This document shows positions 12,101-25,637 of a stretch of DNA of 64,000 bases, one piece after another. This DNA is from Octopus sinensis (Eukaryota): NCBI RefSeq assembly GCF_006345805.1, contig NC_043005.1, forward strand, positions 57,288,001 to 57,352,000. The letters are read 5' to 3'. The notes under the pieces were generated by a model, which had not been told where the DNA came from, did no database searches, and worked only from the letters and a program-made list of their open reading frames with translations. The position numbers and the translations under genes are program-made. How positions within the stretch are numbered: the stretch's first letter is position 1; every line of letters starts with the position of its first letter.

Positions 12101-13282
12101 TGTTTCATTAGGATTTGTTATATAGAAAATAATTAACACAGGAAGTATTGACAACCTATGAGTCAACCAGAAAGAGTCATGTAGTAGCTTGAGTGTATGT
12201 AGATGTAAACTGTAATTTAAAACTTAGCTGATGTGCCACTGAATGGAGTTTTATTTTTGTTGTCATAGTGATGTTTATTGTTCCTGGGCTTTATTGGAAG
12301 TTTCATATTTTTTAAACTTTTTGTTTTTGCTTTTAATATATTTTGTAGTTGTATTTCAAGCTAAAGTGGTCTAAACAGTGTGTTATATTCAAATGGCAAA
12401 TTGGTCTGTAAAGTGAATGGCATTGACAGTGGAGCAGTGAAGCTGCCAATTTTGTTGGTCACCAGGGTTTGTAAATTTCAGTGAAACAGGCAGTTTATCA
12501 GTGTTTGTAGGTGTAAACTGTATTTTCTCCTCTTTAATATTTGTGCTGTTTAAGCTGGCAGAATTTGTTAGCACGTCAGGCCAAATAGTTAGAGGAATCT
12601 CATCCACCTTTATGTCTTCAGTTCAAATTCCACTGAGGTTGAGACTCTGCCTTTCATCTTTTTCGGATAAATAAAATAAGTAACAGACATGATGGAGACT
12701 ATGTTGAGTTTTACCTTTGTATAGAGAAACAGTTGCTCTACCAACATGTGCTATATCAGTTAATAAATTTATACCCACTTTTGAAGAACTTCTGGTTCAG
12801 CCCTCGGACAATTTTAGTCTGCAAATTCCTAACCATATGTATTTAGAAGGATTCCCAATGCCAGTTGTCAAACCATCTAAAAGCTACTAATAGTACGTAT
12901 ATAGGTATGGTTAAGTGGGAGTGTGTGGCTTTGTGGTTAGGGTGTTGGACTCATAATGGTAAGATTGTGGTTTAGATTCTTGGACCAGGCAATGTGTTGT
13001 GTTCTTAAGCAAAACACTTCATTTCATGTTGCTCAAATCCACTCAGCTGACAAAAATGAGTAATCCTACAATAGACCAGCATCCCATCAGAGTGGAACAT
13101 ATGTACTGTGGAAACTGGGAAACCAGCCCCATGAGTGTATGACTCAGGAAAGACCTCTGTAGTTAAGTGAAAGTGAACAGCAATTTTATTGAACAAATGT
13201 ATTTCATTCAAAGAAACTTCATAATTGGATTTCTACTTCTTAAAACTCATCTCTTTCATATTTCTGTTACTCCTTTGGTTAA

Positions 13283-13503
13283 CCCTTTCGTTACTGTATT
13301 TATTTTGAGATGCTCTGTGTTTCTTTCAATTACTTTAAATATAACAAAGAATTTAGTAAAATAACTTAATTATCATTAAGCTAGTGTTAGGAAAATAAAT
13401 TGTGACTAAGGTTTGGTGGAAGATTTTAATTCAGAACTTATGAAAACAAGACATTTGTACTACGGAGCCAGAGCCGGTTTCAGCCGGGTTGGTAACAAAA
13501 GGG
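13283..13503. mobile_element. piggyBac-type MITE family 1 (221 bp)
   Basis: TTAA|CCCTTTCGTTAC...GTAACAAAAGGG|TTAA. A second copy lies at 25638-25858. Confidence 0.9.
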
Positions 13504-14433
13504 TTAATCAGATTATGCGGATGTCTGTATTGAAGTCAATGGCATACCAAAGAGGTCTAGTATTTAGTTTCCAGTTTCCTAACATAGATGTAGCGATAAG
13601 TGAGTGCACGTGTGTGTATTGTGTATGTAAGCATCTAAAGGGGTCCTCATCAGTGGCTAATGTTACCTTGATCCAATATTTGACTATTGTTATTTAGGGG
13701 ATATAGTTTGGTCTTAAATTTCATTAAAGAAAATGCCATACATTCCATTTCATATAGTAAATGAAATAATGACTATTGCTAAAGAAGTCTGCATGGTTTG
13801 GGACTCAATCCTGCTCTATACCACCCTGAACATAGACTCATGTCAACTATATTAGCTGAAGTTACAAGATGGGCGGTTGTAGATACTGTCCTTAATTTTG
13901 AGGTTGACCAGTTTAATCCAGTCACTTGGCCTTTGGATAATTCTAGTTGAGTCCACTCTGTCACAATGGTTCTGGCTAGGCTTCTGGTCTGAAAATAACT
14001 TTCTCCTCATCTCAGAGCTCCAGATCATGAGATATGTGTTGTGGTACCTTTCATTATTTGACTCAGATACTGAAAAGGAATAAAATTCTAATATTGGATA
14101 TAATATTTTGCTACATGAGTAGCTCCAATATAATTCATACTCTGCATTCTTTTGTTATTACTAATTATCAGCTTCTTCCAAGAGTTTAATACATTTAAAT
14201 GTAATGTTTTATCCATTGCTTCATATAATACCACCAACGGGTCATTGGGTGGTTCCACTCCTTTATTATTAGTCAATTGGTTATATAAAACTGTGGAATT
14301 GAACCAGTGTTCATAGTATTGGCTTAATGACTCTCCCTAGGCACAAAATATTTTAACACAATTCATATATGGAATCTTGCAAACCAGATACAATCCAAAG
14401 AGAAGTTACCTGTCAAATAACCTGCAATTGAGA

Positions 14434-14477
<44 letters not shown>

Positions 14478-14480
<3 letters not shown>

Positions 14481-14690
14481 AAGGGAAAGTTTACGAAAAT
14501 AAACAAAAGATGAAGACAGGTGGTGTACAAAACAAACAGATGTATTAGTATAGCGCTCAGGAATAGAAAGTCTTTTACGTTTCGAGCCTACGCTCTTCTA
14601 CAGAAAGGTACACAGAAAAAACAAGGAGAGAAATAAAGAGAGAAAAAAATGTGTGTAGTGGCTAACGATATATATATATATATATATGCA
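14478..14690 (-). mobile_element. Penelope-like pLTR repeat carrying a minimal hammerhead-like motif
   Basis: Homologous copy at ~42020-42190. It ends in (TA)n and contains CTGTAGA-A-GAGC-gtag-GCTC-GAAACGT. Confidence 0.65.
14572..14607 (-). ncRNA. minimal type I hammerhead ribozyme-like motif (core variant U6)
   Basis: Stem I CTTT/AAAG, core CTGTAGA, stem II GAGC/GCTC, GAA, palindromic stem III ACGT, cleavage triplet GUA. Confidence 0.55.
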
Positions 14691-15149
14691 TACATATGTA
14701 TGTAAGTATGTATGTATATATAATGTAAAACGAATTTCAGTTATTTTCAAAAGTTTTTGGGGATGGAGGGACATGGAATTATGGTGTATTTGTCTCAAAT
14801 GAAGTCTGAAAATTTTATATATATGTATGTATAAGGATATTATTTTTTACAATAATATCAAGTGGTATAGTATGTGTAAATAACCATCAAGGTAATACTA
14901 TAAGGTAAAAACTATTTAATTAATAATTAAGGGTGCTACAAGTGGTACCAGCATGCTAAAAATAGCAACCAGAAGATGACTACAATTCTAAGCCCCTGTG
15001 GGGCTTAAAATTTCTGTTCATTCCCCCAATTTCAATTAATGTGTGGCAGTGTAAATTTGTGGTTGTAGTTGTCTTCTAGCTGATGTTTTTAGCATGCTGT
15101 TTCCACTTATAGCACCCTTAATTATTAATATATATATATTCTTTTGATC

Positions 15150-15480
15150 TTTTACTTGTTTCAGTCATTTGATTCTGGCCATGCTGGAGCACTGCCTTTT
15201 AGTCAATAAATCGACCCCAGGACTTATTCTTTGTAAGCCTAGTATTTATTCTATCAGTTTCTTTTGCCAAACTGCTAAGTTATGGGGGTGTAAACACACC
15301 AACATTGGTTGTCAAACGATGGTGGGGGGAAAAACACACACACACACACACATGACGGGCTTCTTTCAGTTTCCGCCTATCAAATCCACTCATAAGGCTT
15401 TGGTTAGTCTGAGACTATAGAAGACACTTGTCCAAGGTGCCACTCAGTGGGACTGAACCTGGAACCATGTGGTTGGGAAT
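15150..15480 (-). mobile_element. SINE family A
   Basis: Homologous to 25908-26337. An inverted 5'-half copy follows at ~15490-15650. Confidence 0.85.
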
Positions 15481-16024
15481 TATGTAATGGTGTGTGGCCA
15501 AAAAGTTCATGTTGCACTTACATGGTTTCAGTTTCAGTTCCTCTGCATGATACATTTGACAAGTGTCTAACAGAGTCTCAGGTCAAACAATATTTTGCGA
15601 GTGAATTTAATAGGTGGAAATTACGTGGAAGTCTGTCGTATGATATGTATGTCTTTGGTTTCACTACTTGAAAATCTGGGAACTCTCATGTTAAATGAAT
15701 TAAAATACCAATTCCTCTCTGGTGCTTCATAACTTTTTAATCTGAATGCAAACTGAAAAAACTGGTTTTGGCCAATTTTTTTTGTTTTATCTCTTTACTC
15801 TGTTGTTTCTATGTCCATAACGGTTTTGAACATGATTTGTCTAGATAAACGGCCATTAAGATATTTATTTGCTTATTCAGACTCTGGAGTGAAATTGGCA
15901 AGTGAGGCAGTTACCCTACTTCTCAAAATAATTCCTGAGATAACACAGGTAGCTTGGCTTGCAGGTGTGTAGGTGGGTGATACGTGTTTCTTTATTTCAT
16001 GTTTTAAATTGTGTATCTGAATGT

Positions 16025-16275
16025 GAGGCTTATGATGTATTCCTTGTGTGTGTGTGTGCACCTGTATATGTGTATGTATTCATGTGTGTGTGTGTGTGCA
16101 CCTGTATATGTATGTATTCATATGTGTGTGTGTGTGTTTGCACCTGTATATATGTATTCGTGTGTGTGTGCACCTGTATATGTGTATGTATTCGTGTGTG
16201 TGTGCACCTGTATATGTGTATATATTCATGTGTGTGTGTGTGCACCTGTATATGTATTTGTTCATGTGTGTGTGT
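16025..16275. repeat. compound minisatellite (GT)n-GCACCTGTATA-TGTATGTATTC, 6 units of ~30-60 bp
   Basis: GCACCTGTATA recurs six times between ~16038 and ~16242. Confidence 0.9.
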
Positions 16276-17063
16276 CTGATGCATATTTCAAATGAGCATG
16301 ATGTGTGCTGTGAGTAATATTTCTGCATTACATAAGGGATGCTGGCTAGGGGTGTAATAGGAGTATATGTGTGTACATAAGAAAGAGGTGTGGATGGTTA
16401 CGAGTTATATTTGTAGATTAAGGGCGTAGAACTTGTATTGCAATACACCTGGGTACTCGTACATTCACACATACACACATATATTTATACTCGTGTAGCT
16501 ATTTCTGATTTGAATGTGGGGCTGTTGCCAGACGTGAGATGTTTTACCTCACATCACATGGTTTCCTTTCACACACACACACACACACACATACACATTA
16601 TACTGTTTTTCTACGGTAGATTTATGAATGCTGAGGCTATTACCACTTTGAGCTTCACTCTTTTCTAGAGCTTTTTTTGAAATTTTCATACTTGGATGTA
16701 GAAACAGGTCTGTCAGTTTGAACAGCTTTTATTAGTAATGGCTTTAGTAAAAAAAAAGGCATAGACTTTTTGCTGATGTCATTAAGGGCTTAAGTTGGGG
16801 CTTTAAATAATTTATATGGTTTTGAGATCCTAGTGTTTTAATTATTGATTTAAACATTATTGATTGCACATACAATACACACTGAATATGTGATCAGTAA
16901 TGTTTATATTGCTAAAGCTGCTTTTAAATTGTATCTTAACCATCATCATCATCATCATCATTTAGTGTCTGTTTTCAGTGCTGGTATGGGTTAGATGGTT
17001 TGACCGAAATTGGTAAGCCAGAGAGCTGCACCAAGTTCCAGTCTGAAGCAATAAATACACATG

Positions 17064-17280
17064 CAAGGGGGTGCTGAAAAGTTCCTGGCTTTGGGTAAAA
17101 GAAAACACAGTAGGATCAGCTAATTACGGTTTTATGCAACATATTCCCCTCTTAGATTCATACACTTATTGCACTGGTCCTTCAGTTTTTCTAAACACTG
17201 TAAAAGAACTTCAATGGTTGGGCCTCCAACCAGGTTTTTTGTGATACCCTTAAAGTCAGGAACTTCTCAGCATCCCCTCC
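17064..17280. mobile_element. mariner-type MITE (~210 bp)
   Basis: TIRs AGGGGGTGCTGAAAAGTTCCTGGCTTT / AAAGTCAGGAACTTCTCAGCATCCCCT. A second copy lies in opposite orientation at 35201-35408. Confidence 0.85.
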
Positions 17281-17336
17281 TATATATATATATACACATA
17301 TATAAATACATAAATGTATGTGTATAAATGTATATG

Positions 17337-17380
<44 letters not shown>

Positions 17381-17387
<7 letters not shown>

Positions 17388-17682
17388 TGGTGAATAAATT
17401 GTTGTTTAAATTATGCAAAAATGACAATAACACTGACTTTGTATTTTAATAGATATATTTACCAAAATTACATTAAAAATATCTTGAAATTCTAAAGACC
17501 AAATTTATTCAATAAAATCACCATTGCCTTCAACCACTCTTTCTCGACGACTTCGGAATCTGCAACTCTTCTGGATGGTCTCCTTATTTAAGTTGGTGAA
17601 TGCTGCCATAATCCTTGCTTTCATTTCATCTTTGGTGTTACATGGAGCTTTGTTGGTCTCTCACTTAACTGCGCCCCACACA
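17381..17682 (-). mobile_element. 3' end fragment of the maT/DD37D-like transposon family
   Basis: Its reverse complement matches 36836-37133 (AVERETNK...GDFIE region plus TIR). Confidence 0.85.
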
Positions 17683-18413
17683 ATAATCGGTGGGGGGTGG
17701 GGAGGTTACCTTAATGATGATGGTTTCAAATTTTGGCACAAGGCCAGTAATTTCAGGTGCTCAATTGGTCCTATTTTATTGATCTTGAAAGGCTGGATTT
17801 GAACTCAGAGCATAAAGCCAGAAGAGATGCTGCTGAGCGTTTTCCTCAGTGTGCTAATGATTCTGCCACCACTAATAATGTTATTAATCCCTTCAGTATT
17901 GGTTTAATGTCTGTTTTATGCTGAAATGAGATGAAGAAAACCAACAGAACTGAAAACTTGTAGCCAATTACTTACTCCAAGAACATTGGCCAAGGTGAAA
18001 TAATAATGTTGGCTGTTGGCAGATCAATGAAGTACTTTTAAACTAGAGCCAAAATCAATAATTTAAAAACTTACTTTCCATAAAAAACCTTTTGGCAAAT
18101 AGTTTGAAAAACCTATGGATACAATGAAATACTGGTGATATCAGTTTCCTCTGTCCTTGCAAAGTCTGCATTGGGTTGCCAGCTCTAATTCAATTACTCT
18201 GAATGAAGCAAAGCTATTTAGCATTCTGTTTTGTCCACCCTATCCATCTTTGCACCAATCACCACCAGATGTTCTCGACATGACACCGCTCTAAAACAGC
18301 AACAGCAACAGCAAAAATCTGGCTTGGGTAACAAACCTGATGTAACATGTCTACACTGCAATTCTGCATGCCATCATACTTCTAAGCATTGGACATCTAC
18401 ATGTGTTAATAAA

Positions 18414-18448
<35 letters not shown>

Positions 18449-19944
18449 TAATAATAATAGGTATAGTGTTTTTATAAATTGAAACTCCATTTTAATAATC
18501 GTTAACTTAGTGTTAACATATTTGGTAGAGTAGATATCAAAAAACCTAATTAAGAATAATCATGTGATAAGGAAAAAGAAAAACAAGAACAAACCTAGCA
18601 TTAGCTCAATGATTAATGTTTATTTTAATCATTTCAGCAAATATAGGAAATGATTATAGTAATGTTTCAACCATATTAAATCGCCTTGGTAAAATATAAA
18701 CTTAATCAAACTTGCTGAAATTGTAATAAAGGTATCACTAAGATTTATAGTGTACATTTGCAAATGTGAAAAATTTGTGTGTGTGTGTATATATACATAT
18801 ATATCTTGTTTCTGTCATTAGACTGTGGCTGTGTTGGGTAACTGTCGTTAGTTGACTCCAGCTCTTTATTTTTAAGTCTTGTATTCTACCAATGTCTTTT
18901 GCCAAGCCAGTAAGCCACTGGAATATAAAGAAACCAGCAAAATATTTATGGGGTAATGTGAGGTTATTTGGAAGAGATTCCTCAAAAACACTTATTTTTG
19001 AAATAGCATTAAATTAATAAATCTATTACATTATTTTGTCTACAACAAACTCATTCAGGTTAGAGAGATTTTTGTAACCCAAGTCTATAAATTTCAACTT
19101 GCCTCAAAGTTGGTTGAGCTGAAACATGCCATGGGGCATATTGGAGCACCTAGTATTTATAGAACAGCACAAGAAATATGTTGGCTTCATTTCTGTTTTC
19201 AATCTCAATTATGTATTTTATCAGTTAACTTCAACTAGGTATGACTATCACTTTGGTTTGTCACCTATACTTAAGTTGATTACATTCACCTCAATGTTTC
19301 ACTGGTATTTGATTTATCTACTCCAAAAAGATGAAAGGCAAAGTCGACCTCAGTGGAATTTGAATTTCGAATGTAAGGACGGACAAAATGCCATTATACA
19401 TTTCGCCTGGCATGCTAAGGATTCTGCCAGCTTGCTGCCTTATTAATAATAATAATCCTTCCTACTATAGGTACAAGACACAATAATAATAATAGTAATG
19501 ATAATAATAATATGTTGCATAATAAATCTTTTCTGCCAACTGCAGAAAACCTAAGTCACACATTCCTGCATTTGAAGGGTCTTCACATTCTTTTTCTTGT
19601 GTTTTTAAGAAAAATGACATAAACCAATCATTCTGTAACCAAGAGTAGGTTGAGAACTTCTGGCAAAGTTGACTTAAATATGCAAGTCCTACCTCTTGAG
19701 CTTAATAGCTTCTATATGTTCCACTTTAAGTGCCACTACATGTGCCAGGGCACTTGCGATAGTAGTAAGAGCTGGAATATGTTCCAACTAACCCCAGACA
19801 GTAATAACCTTAACATGCAGCATACACAGCATAAATTGCAACAGGCAAATTATTTGCTGTCTCAATCTGATTATTTTCTAAACATTCACTACATAAAAAA
19901 CTTTCATTTCTAACTATAGTATCTACTAAACAAACTGAGTATTT

Positions 19945-20400
19945 CTAATGAGTGAGGCCTACAATGAAATATTGCTCCCACATTTGGAACAGTAGTACCA
20001 CTGCTAAATACACACAGAAACATCCAGGACCACACAACTGATTGGCATTAAATCACTGCCTCTGATCAACAAGCATGCTCCCTCCTCTTTTTATCTTTTC
20101 TATCACTACAACAAATCCTTTGTTCCTTGGAATTTGCTGATGTTGTATCTCCTCCACTGAAGTACCCTTGAGCCATTTGTCTTTCCAACTTGCATCTGTA
20201 CACTTAAAAAGCTTCTGCAGTGATTTGATAGCAATATGGTTGAGAGGTAGTACAAGAGGTTCTCACTTAATAGCAGCCCAGTCTTCACCAGCTTCTTCCT
20301 TTTCTGCTGAAAATGTTTTCAACTCAATCCATGTTCCAGCCAATTCTGATTACCTCTTTATTGTTATCTATACCCTCTAAATATGTTTAATATGTGCACT
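19945..20400 (+). mobile_element. degraded L2/CR1/Jockey-group LINE 3' fragment
   Basis: GTGAGGCCTACAATGAAATATTGCTCCCACATTTGG translates to VRPTMKYCSHIW, followed by an SLF.FY-like stretch. Heavily decayed. Confidence 0.5.
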
Positions 20401-20414
20401 GTATATATTGTATG

Positions 20415-20750
20415 TGAAGGTGCATGGCTCAATGGTTAGAGTGTCAGGCTCACAATCATGAGGTAGTGAGTTCAATTTCTGGACTGGGCTGTGTGTTGTG
20501 TTCTTGAGCAAGACATTTTATTTCACACTGCTCCAGTTCACTCAGCTGAGTTGCGACATCACTGGTACCAGGCTATATTGGCCTTTGCCTTTCCCTTGGA
20601 CAACATTGGTGGCGTGAAGAAGGGAGACTGCTATGTATGGGCGACTGCTGCTCTTCCATAAACAACCTCGCATGGACTTGCGCCTTGGAGGATAACTTTC
20701 TAGGTGCAACCCCATGGTCATTCATAACCAAGGGGTGACCTAGAATATAT
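20415..20750 (+). mobile_element. tRNA-derived SINE family B
   Basis: GGTGCATGGCTCAATGGTTAGAG...GAGTTCAAT head and GTGTTCTTGAGCAAGACA domain. Copies at 24216-24536 and ~12915-13170. Confidence 0.85.
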
Positions 20751-21988
20751 TGTATATATTGTTGAGGTATGGTTGTGTGTTTAAAATGTTCATTTTGCAA
20801 CCATGTTTTCAGGTTTAGGCTCACTGAGTTATACTTTGGCAGGTGTGTTCCACTATAGCCTGGGGTTGACCAATGCCTTCTGAGTGAATTTTGTTGGCAG
20901 AAACTGTGTGTGTGTGTCTCTATATATATACATATATATATATATATATAGTGGTTAATGTTAGAGTTTTAGCTATGGTTACCGATGTGGATGTACTTTG
21001 CAAAGAGAGAAAATATTTGTGCACAAGCAGATTTTATGAACATTGAGTAGCAATCAAATATTGAGGAGAGGTAGGGTCAATATAATCAACTGGAAGGTGC
21101 TATTCCAATATTGTTATGAATTTAATGATTATAACAAATAAAAAGAAATAAAGAATGCTTTAAAAATTGTTTCAACTTAAACATTGAAGATCCATCTAGC
21201 CATTGTTGGTATAATAGTGAAGATGTCAATTTAGGAAACGTGCACACAAATGTGTGTGTGTGTTTGTGTGTGTACATATATGTGTTTATGTAAAGCTCAA
21301 GATTTGCTTCATAATTAAGCAGTTTCATATGAAACAATCTGCCAGGTTATGTCAAAGTGTATCAGCTACTGAATTGATGCATTTTGTGAACTTCGTCATC
21401 ATCGTTATCTTTTTATGTCAGCTTTTTCCTTGCTGGCATGGGTTGGATGAGATTTCCTGAGGCAGTTATCAATGGCTAGATACCCTTCTTCATACCAACC
21501 TTTACTTGTTTTCAAGTAAATTATTTCGTTCCGTGTTTTTTGCATGCCGAAACCACTGAGCTATCAGACTCTTTTGTTTATATGGGTCATAAACATTGTC
21601 ACACCTGTTCAAGCGTTGTCAATGTGAAAACATAGTGATCATCACCCGTAACACATGTACTCATCCACATAGTGTGTACACAAACACAGCAAGTTTCCCT
21701 ATGATTTCTGTCTATCAAATTTCATTTTATAAAGCATTGGCCAACATGGGGATAGAATTAGAATCACTTGCCCAAGTGCCATGGAGTGGGATCAAGATTG
21801 AAACCATATTGGTTTCTTAACACACCCATTTCTGCTTCTCTGCATTTGTTTACAGATTTCCATATAAAGTTGTAAGCATCTGAGCTTTGCTAGAGAGGTG
21901 AAACTATTCCTGATGAGTCTTGAATAAGGGAGAAAACTAGTCAGTTCAATCTTCAGTTCTTACTACCCACCTTCACTGTATGGTTTAG

Positions 21989-22030
<42 letters not shown>

Positions 22031-22879
22031 ATAGATTTTGTTTTTGACAGCAAGACTAAACATGTTTTATTAACTGTATTTTATGTGGCCTCTCTATACG
22101 TTTTTATGCAAATTAAAAAGAATAAAAAAGTTAGGAAACTAAAGAAAAAAACTAAAAAGCAAATAAAATAGAAATTTTTATGGTATTTTATTTTATTTCA
22201 TTTACTTTTTTAGCACAACAATGTTAGCATTAACGAAATTGGGAAGTCTTTGAACTGTAAACTGCATTATCATCTTTTATGTATCAATGCATATATATAC
22301 ATGCATGCATATATTATATATATATAATATATATATATATATATGTGCTTGTTTATGTATGTGTGTGTATATATATATATAAAATATTTTCTATTTCCTC
22401 ATTTTCTTTTTTGTTTGTTTTGCTTTTAGTTCCTCCCCCACCAACTTAGTTTCCATTGCTGATTTAATATAATACTCATCCTCCACCCACATTGTTATGC
22501 TTCATATTTGTAATGTCCCTCATCCGTTGCATCTAACTCTAGTGTTCATGTAAAGATACTTTTATTACTTTGCATTCCCCATTATATGTTATAATTGATA
22601 ATGTTTGAAATCATTATCTTGTAATCAATACCAAGGGTAATGGACTGGCAGAATCATTAGAGCACAAAAAAAAAAAAAATACCACCTTGTTTACTTTCTG
22701 AATTCAAAACCTCTTGGGGTCAACTTTCCCCTTCATCCTACCAGGGTTGATAAATAAAATACCAGTCTAATATTGGCCTCAATGGTATCAACTAATCCTC
22801 TATCCATAAAATTGCTGGCCTATTCAAATTAGAAGCAATTGTTGGAAAAATGCCTTGTGGTGTTTCTTCCTGTTCTTTA

Positions 22880-25244
22880 CGTTTCAACTTCAAATCCCTC
22901 CAAGATCAACTCTACCCTTCATCCCTTCAGAGTTGATGAAGCTAAGACCCAGTTCTAGTATTGGCATTGACAATATTAGAATGCTTATTGCAACAGGCAA
23001 CAAAATGGGAGAATTCCCACTTTTGTTAGTCAAGGAGCAGTGGTGTTGCTGAAAAGACCTGAACAAGGGGGATTGTATTGACAACTTTAGGCCTATAACT
23101 CTGCTGAATGCAGAGTTCAAAATTTCGGTTAAGGGATTAGGTATGAGGTTGGCACTTGTTGTTGGGGATCTAGTAGGGAAGGCACAGACATGTGCCATTC
23201 CAAAAAGATCCATCCATGACAAACTCCACCTTATGCGATACATCATTGAGAAAGTGGCTAAAGAACCTGGCATGGGTAGGTCCCTGGTCAATTTAGATTA
23301 GACTAAAGCTTCGATAGGGTTGACCATCTACAACTGGTGGCAGTCCTCAAGGCAGCTGGTTTCAGGCCTGTATTCAGGGGCTGGATTACTGCAATGCACA
23401 GCGACATCTATTCAGTGGTCAGAATGAAAGGTTACCTCTCAGAGCTGTTCAACATCATGTGCTCAGTCTGGCATTGTTGGCCCCTATCATCTCCCTTGTA
23501 TGTACTGACTCTTGAGCCACTACTACATAAACTGGAGGTTTTGAGAGGGATCCCGCATGACCTTGGATGTGGGAGATGCATATGCCAACAACATCACCAT
23601 AGTGGTGTTGGATCATATACACATAGGAATAATTGGTACTTCTCTCAATGCTCAGGGTCTAGTCTGGTCCAGACCTCCAGATGGACAAAAACTGGGACGA
23701 GCTAATGAGCAGGGTGACTACTCTCAACCAGAAATGAGCCGAGAAAAAGTTATTCTTGAAAGGTCAGGCAGAGGTGGCTAATGCACATATTCTGTCATCT
23801 ACTATCGCTTGACCGTTGTGCCTTGTCCTGGCCACTGTCTGATTACATTGGAACATATATTCTTCTGCTTCCTGTGGAAGGGACGTGTCCTGATGGTCAG
23901 GTGGTCTATCTGCTGTCAGCACCCGCTGCATGGTAGCCTGGGCTACCATGCATCATGGTTGATGATGCACAGACATGTGCTGAAGCTACATCTCCAGTTC
24001 TTCCTAGACAGTGAACAAGTGTGGTCACTGTTCATCAGATATATTTCCTTAATGGTGCTGCAGTTCTGGGTAAAACAGAGAGCAAGGGGGAGTATTTAGA
24101 AAGCGGAATGTCTTCAAGTGCCCACAGCCCTCAGCCAACCGGACAGTGTGATAGGTGGAACGTCTACTTTAACTTTTAAAGAGAATTAGTGGAGGAAATT
24201 TGAGAGAATTGTGAAGGCGCATGGCTCAGTGGTTAGAGTGTCAAGCTTACAATCGTGAGGTTGTGAGTTTGAATCCCAGACCGGGCTGTGTGTTGTGTTC
24301 TTGAGCAAGACACTTTATTTCACGTTGCTCCAGTTCACTCAACTGTAGAAATGAGTTGCGATGTCACAGGTGCCAAGCTGTATCAGCCTTTGCCTTTCCC
24401 TTGGATAACACTGGTGGCGTGGAATGGGGAGGTTGGTATGCATGGGCAACAGCTGGTCTTCCATAAACAAGCTTGCCCTGGAAGGGTAACTTTCTAGGTG
24501 CAATCCCATGGTCAGTTATGACTGAAGGGGGTCTCAGCAGTGGAGGAAAAGTGCGACAAAGAAGATCAGCTAGTCGCTCTTTTCCAGAGAACTTTCAGGC
24601 TGGGACCATTGGATAATTTCCAAAAAATCTCTGGCCTGGCAGTGCTATCAGGGGGCTTTGCCTGTTTGAGATAACTTTACAGGCACGGAAGTGCTGTCAT
24701 CCAAGTATGTCAGAGGTGTGTGCGGGACGACAAGACAATCCTATATGCATTTATCCAGTTCCTGTAGGTTTATGTTGAAAATAAGGGTAGAGTGGGAAGT
24801 ATTGTCTTCTTGTCAGTATGCTGAAAGGTGGATGAAAGTGGTGAGAATGGTACAAATGAATGGGCCTGCCCTGAGCATACACTTGTAGTTGAAACAAAAG
24901 GGAAGGGAAAAAGGGCACCTGCCCCAAAAGTCAGGACGCCCATGGTTTTTTATGGGGTTTTTCCATGAGCAGCACTCGAACGTCTCCTCCCTATTGAGGA
25001 TTACACTTCGTTGGTTTCTTTTTCGTTCTTTTTTTTTTATCTTGTTAGTGTTGTTTACATGCAAAACCTTCACAACACCCACACATACACACACACATTC
25101 TTTGTTTTGTCCTGTGCTGTCCATAATGTTTTTCCTTAGTGTAAATCCTTGTGGTTAATAAAGAAATCATCATTATAATAATAATTATTAATTTTATCAT
25201 TCTTCTTCTTATTATTATTATCATCATCATCATTATTATTATTA

Positions 25245-25280
<36 letters not shown>
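22880..25280 (+). mobile_element. decayed L1/Tx1-clade LINE (RT, C-terminus, 3' UTR, AATAAA and (ATT)n tail), interrupted by a SINE B at 24216-24536
   Basis: Translations include DNFRPITLLNAEFKI, AQTCAIPKRSIHD, FDRVDH, PLSSPLYVLTLEPLL, a degenerate YANN for YADD, and a GALPV-like plus CQRC region. AATAAA at ~25157. Confidence 0.8.
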
Positions 25281-25281
<1 letters not shown>

Positions 25282-25637
25282 ATTATTTCCTTTTTCGAAT
25301 CATTTCCTGAGAAGTTCCTTCCTGTCTGTGTAGTTGTATTTTTAGCTCGTCTCCTCATAGTATTTTTGTTAGGTTTCTATACTAGTCTATTGTCAGTGTT
25401 TGGAGCTTTGTAATAAACTTCAAGGATTTGGCAGCCAAGAGTTCTTCTGTAGTTTCAGCTGTTGCTGCTGCTGCTGTTTACAAGTGCTTTTGTTTTTGTG
25501 TGCATACATTGTTCACCATAACAGTTTGTTAGCGAAAGAGGAGATAGCAACGATCATAACAAGAGGGTGAAATGCGAAGTTGCTGATAGTGGTTTTTTTT
25601 TTCCTTTTAGTTTTAACCCTAGGTCCGTATTGGTTAA

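Noticed and set aside
12061-12200. Strong acceptor at 12110-12111
   Set aside because: All three frames stop within 25 nt; it cannot be supported as a coding exon.
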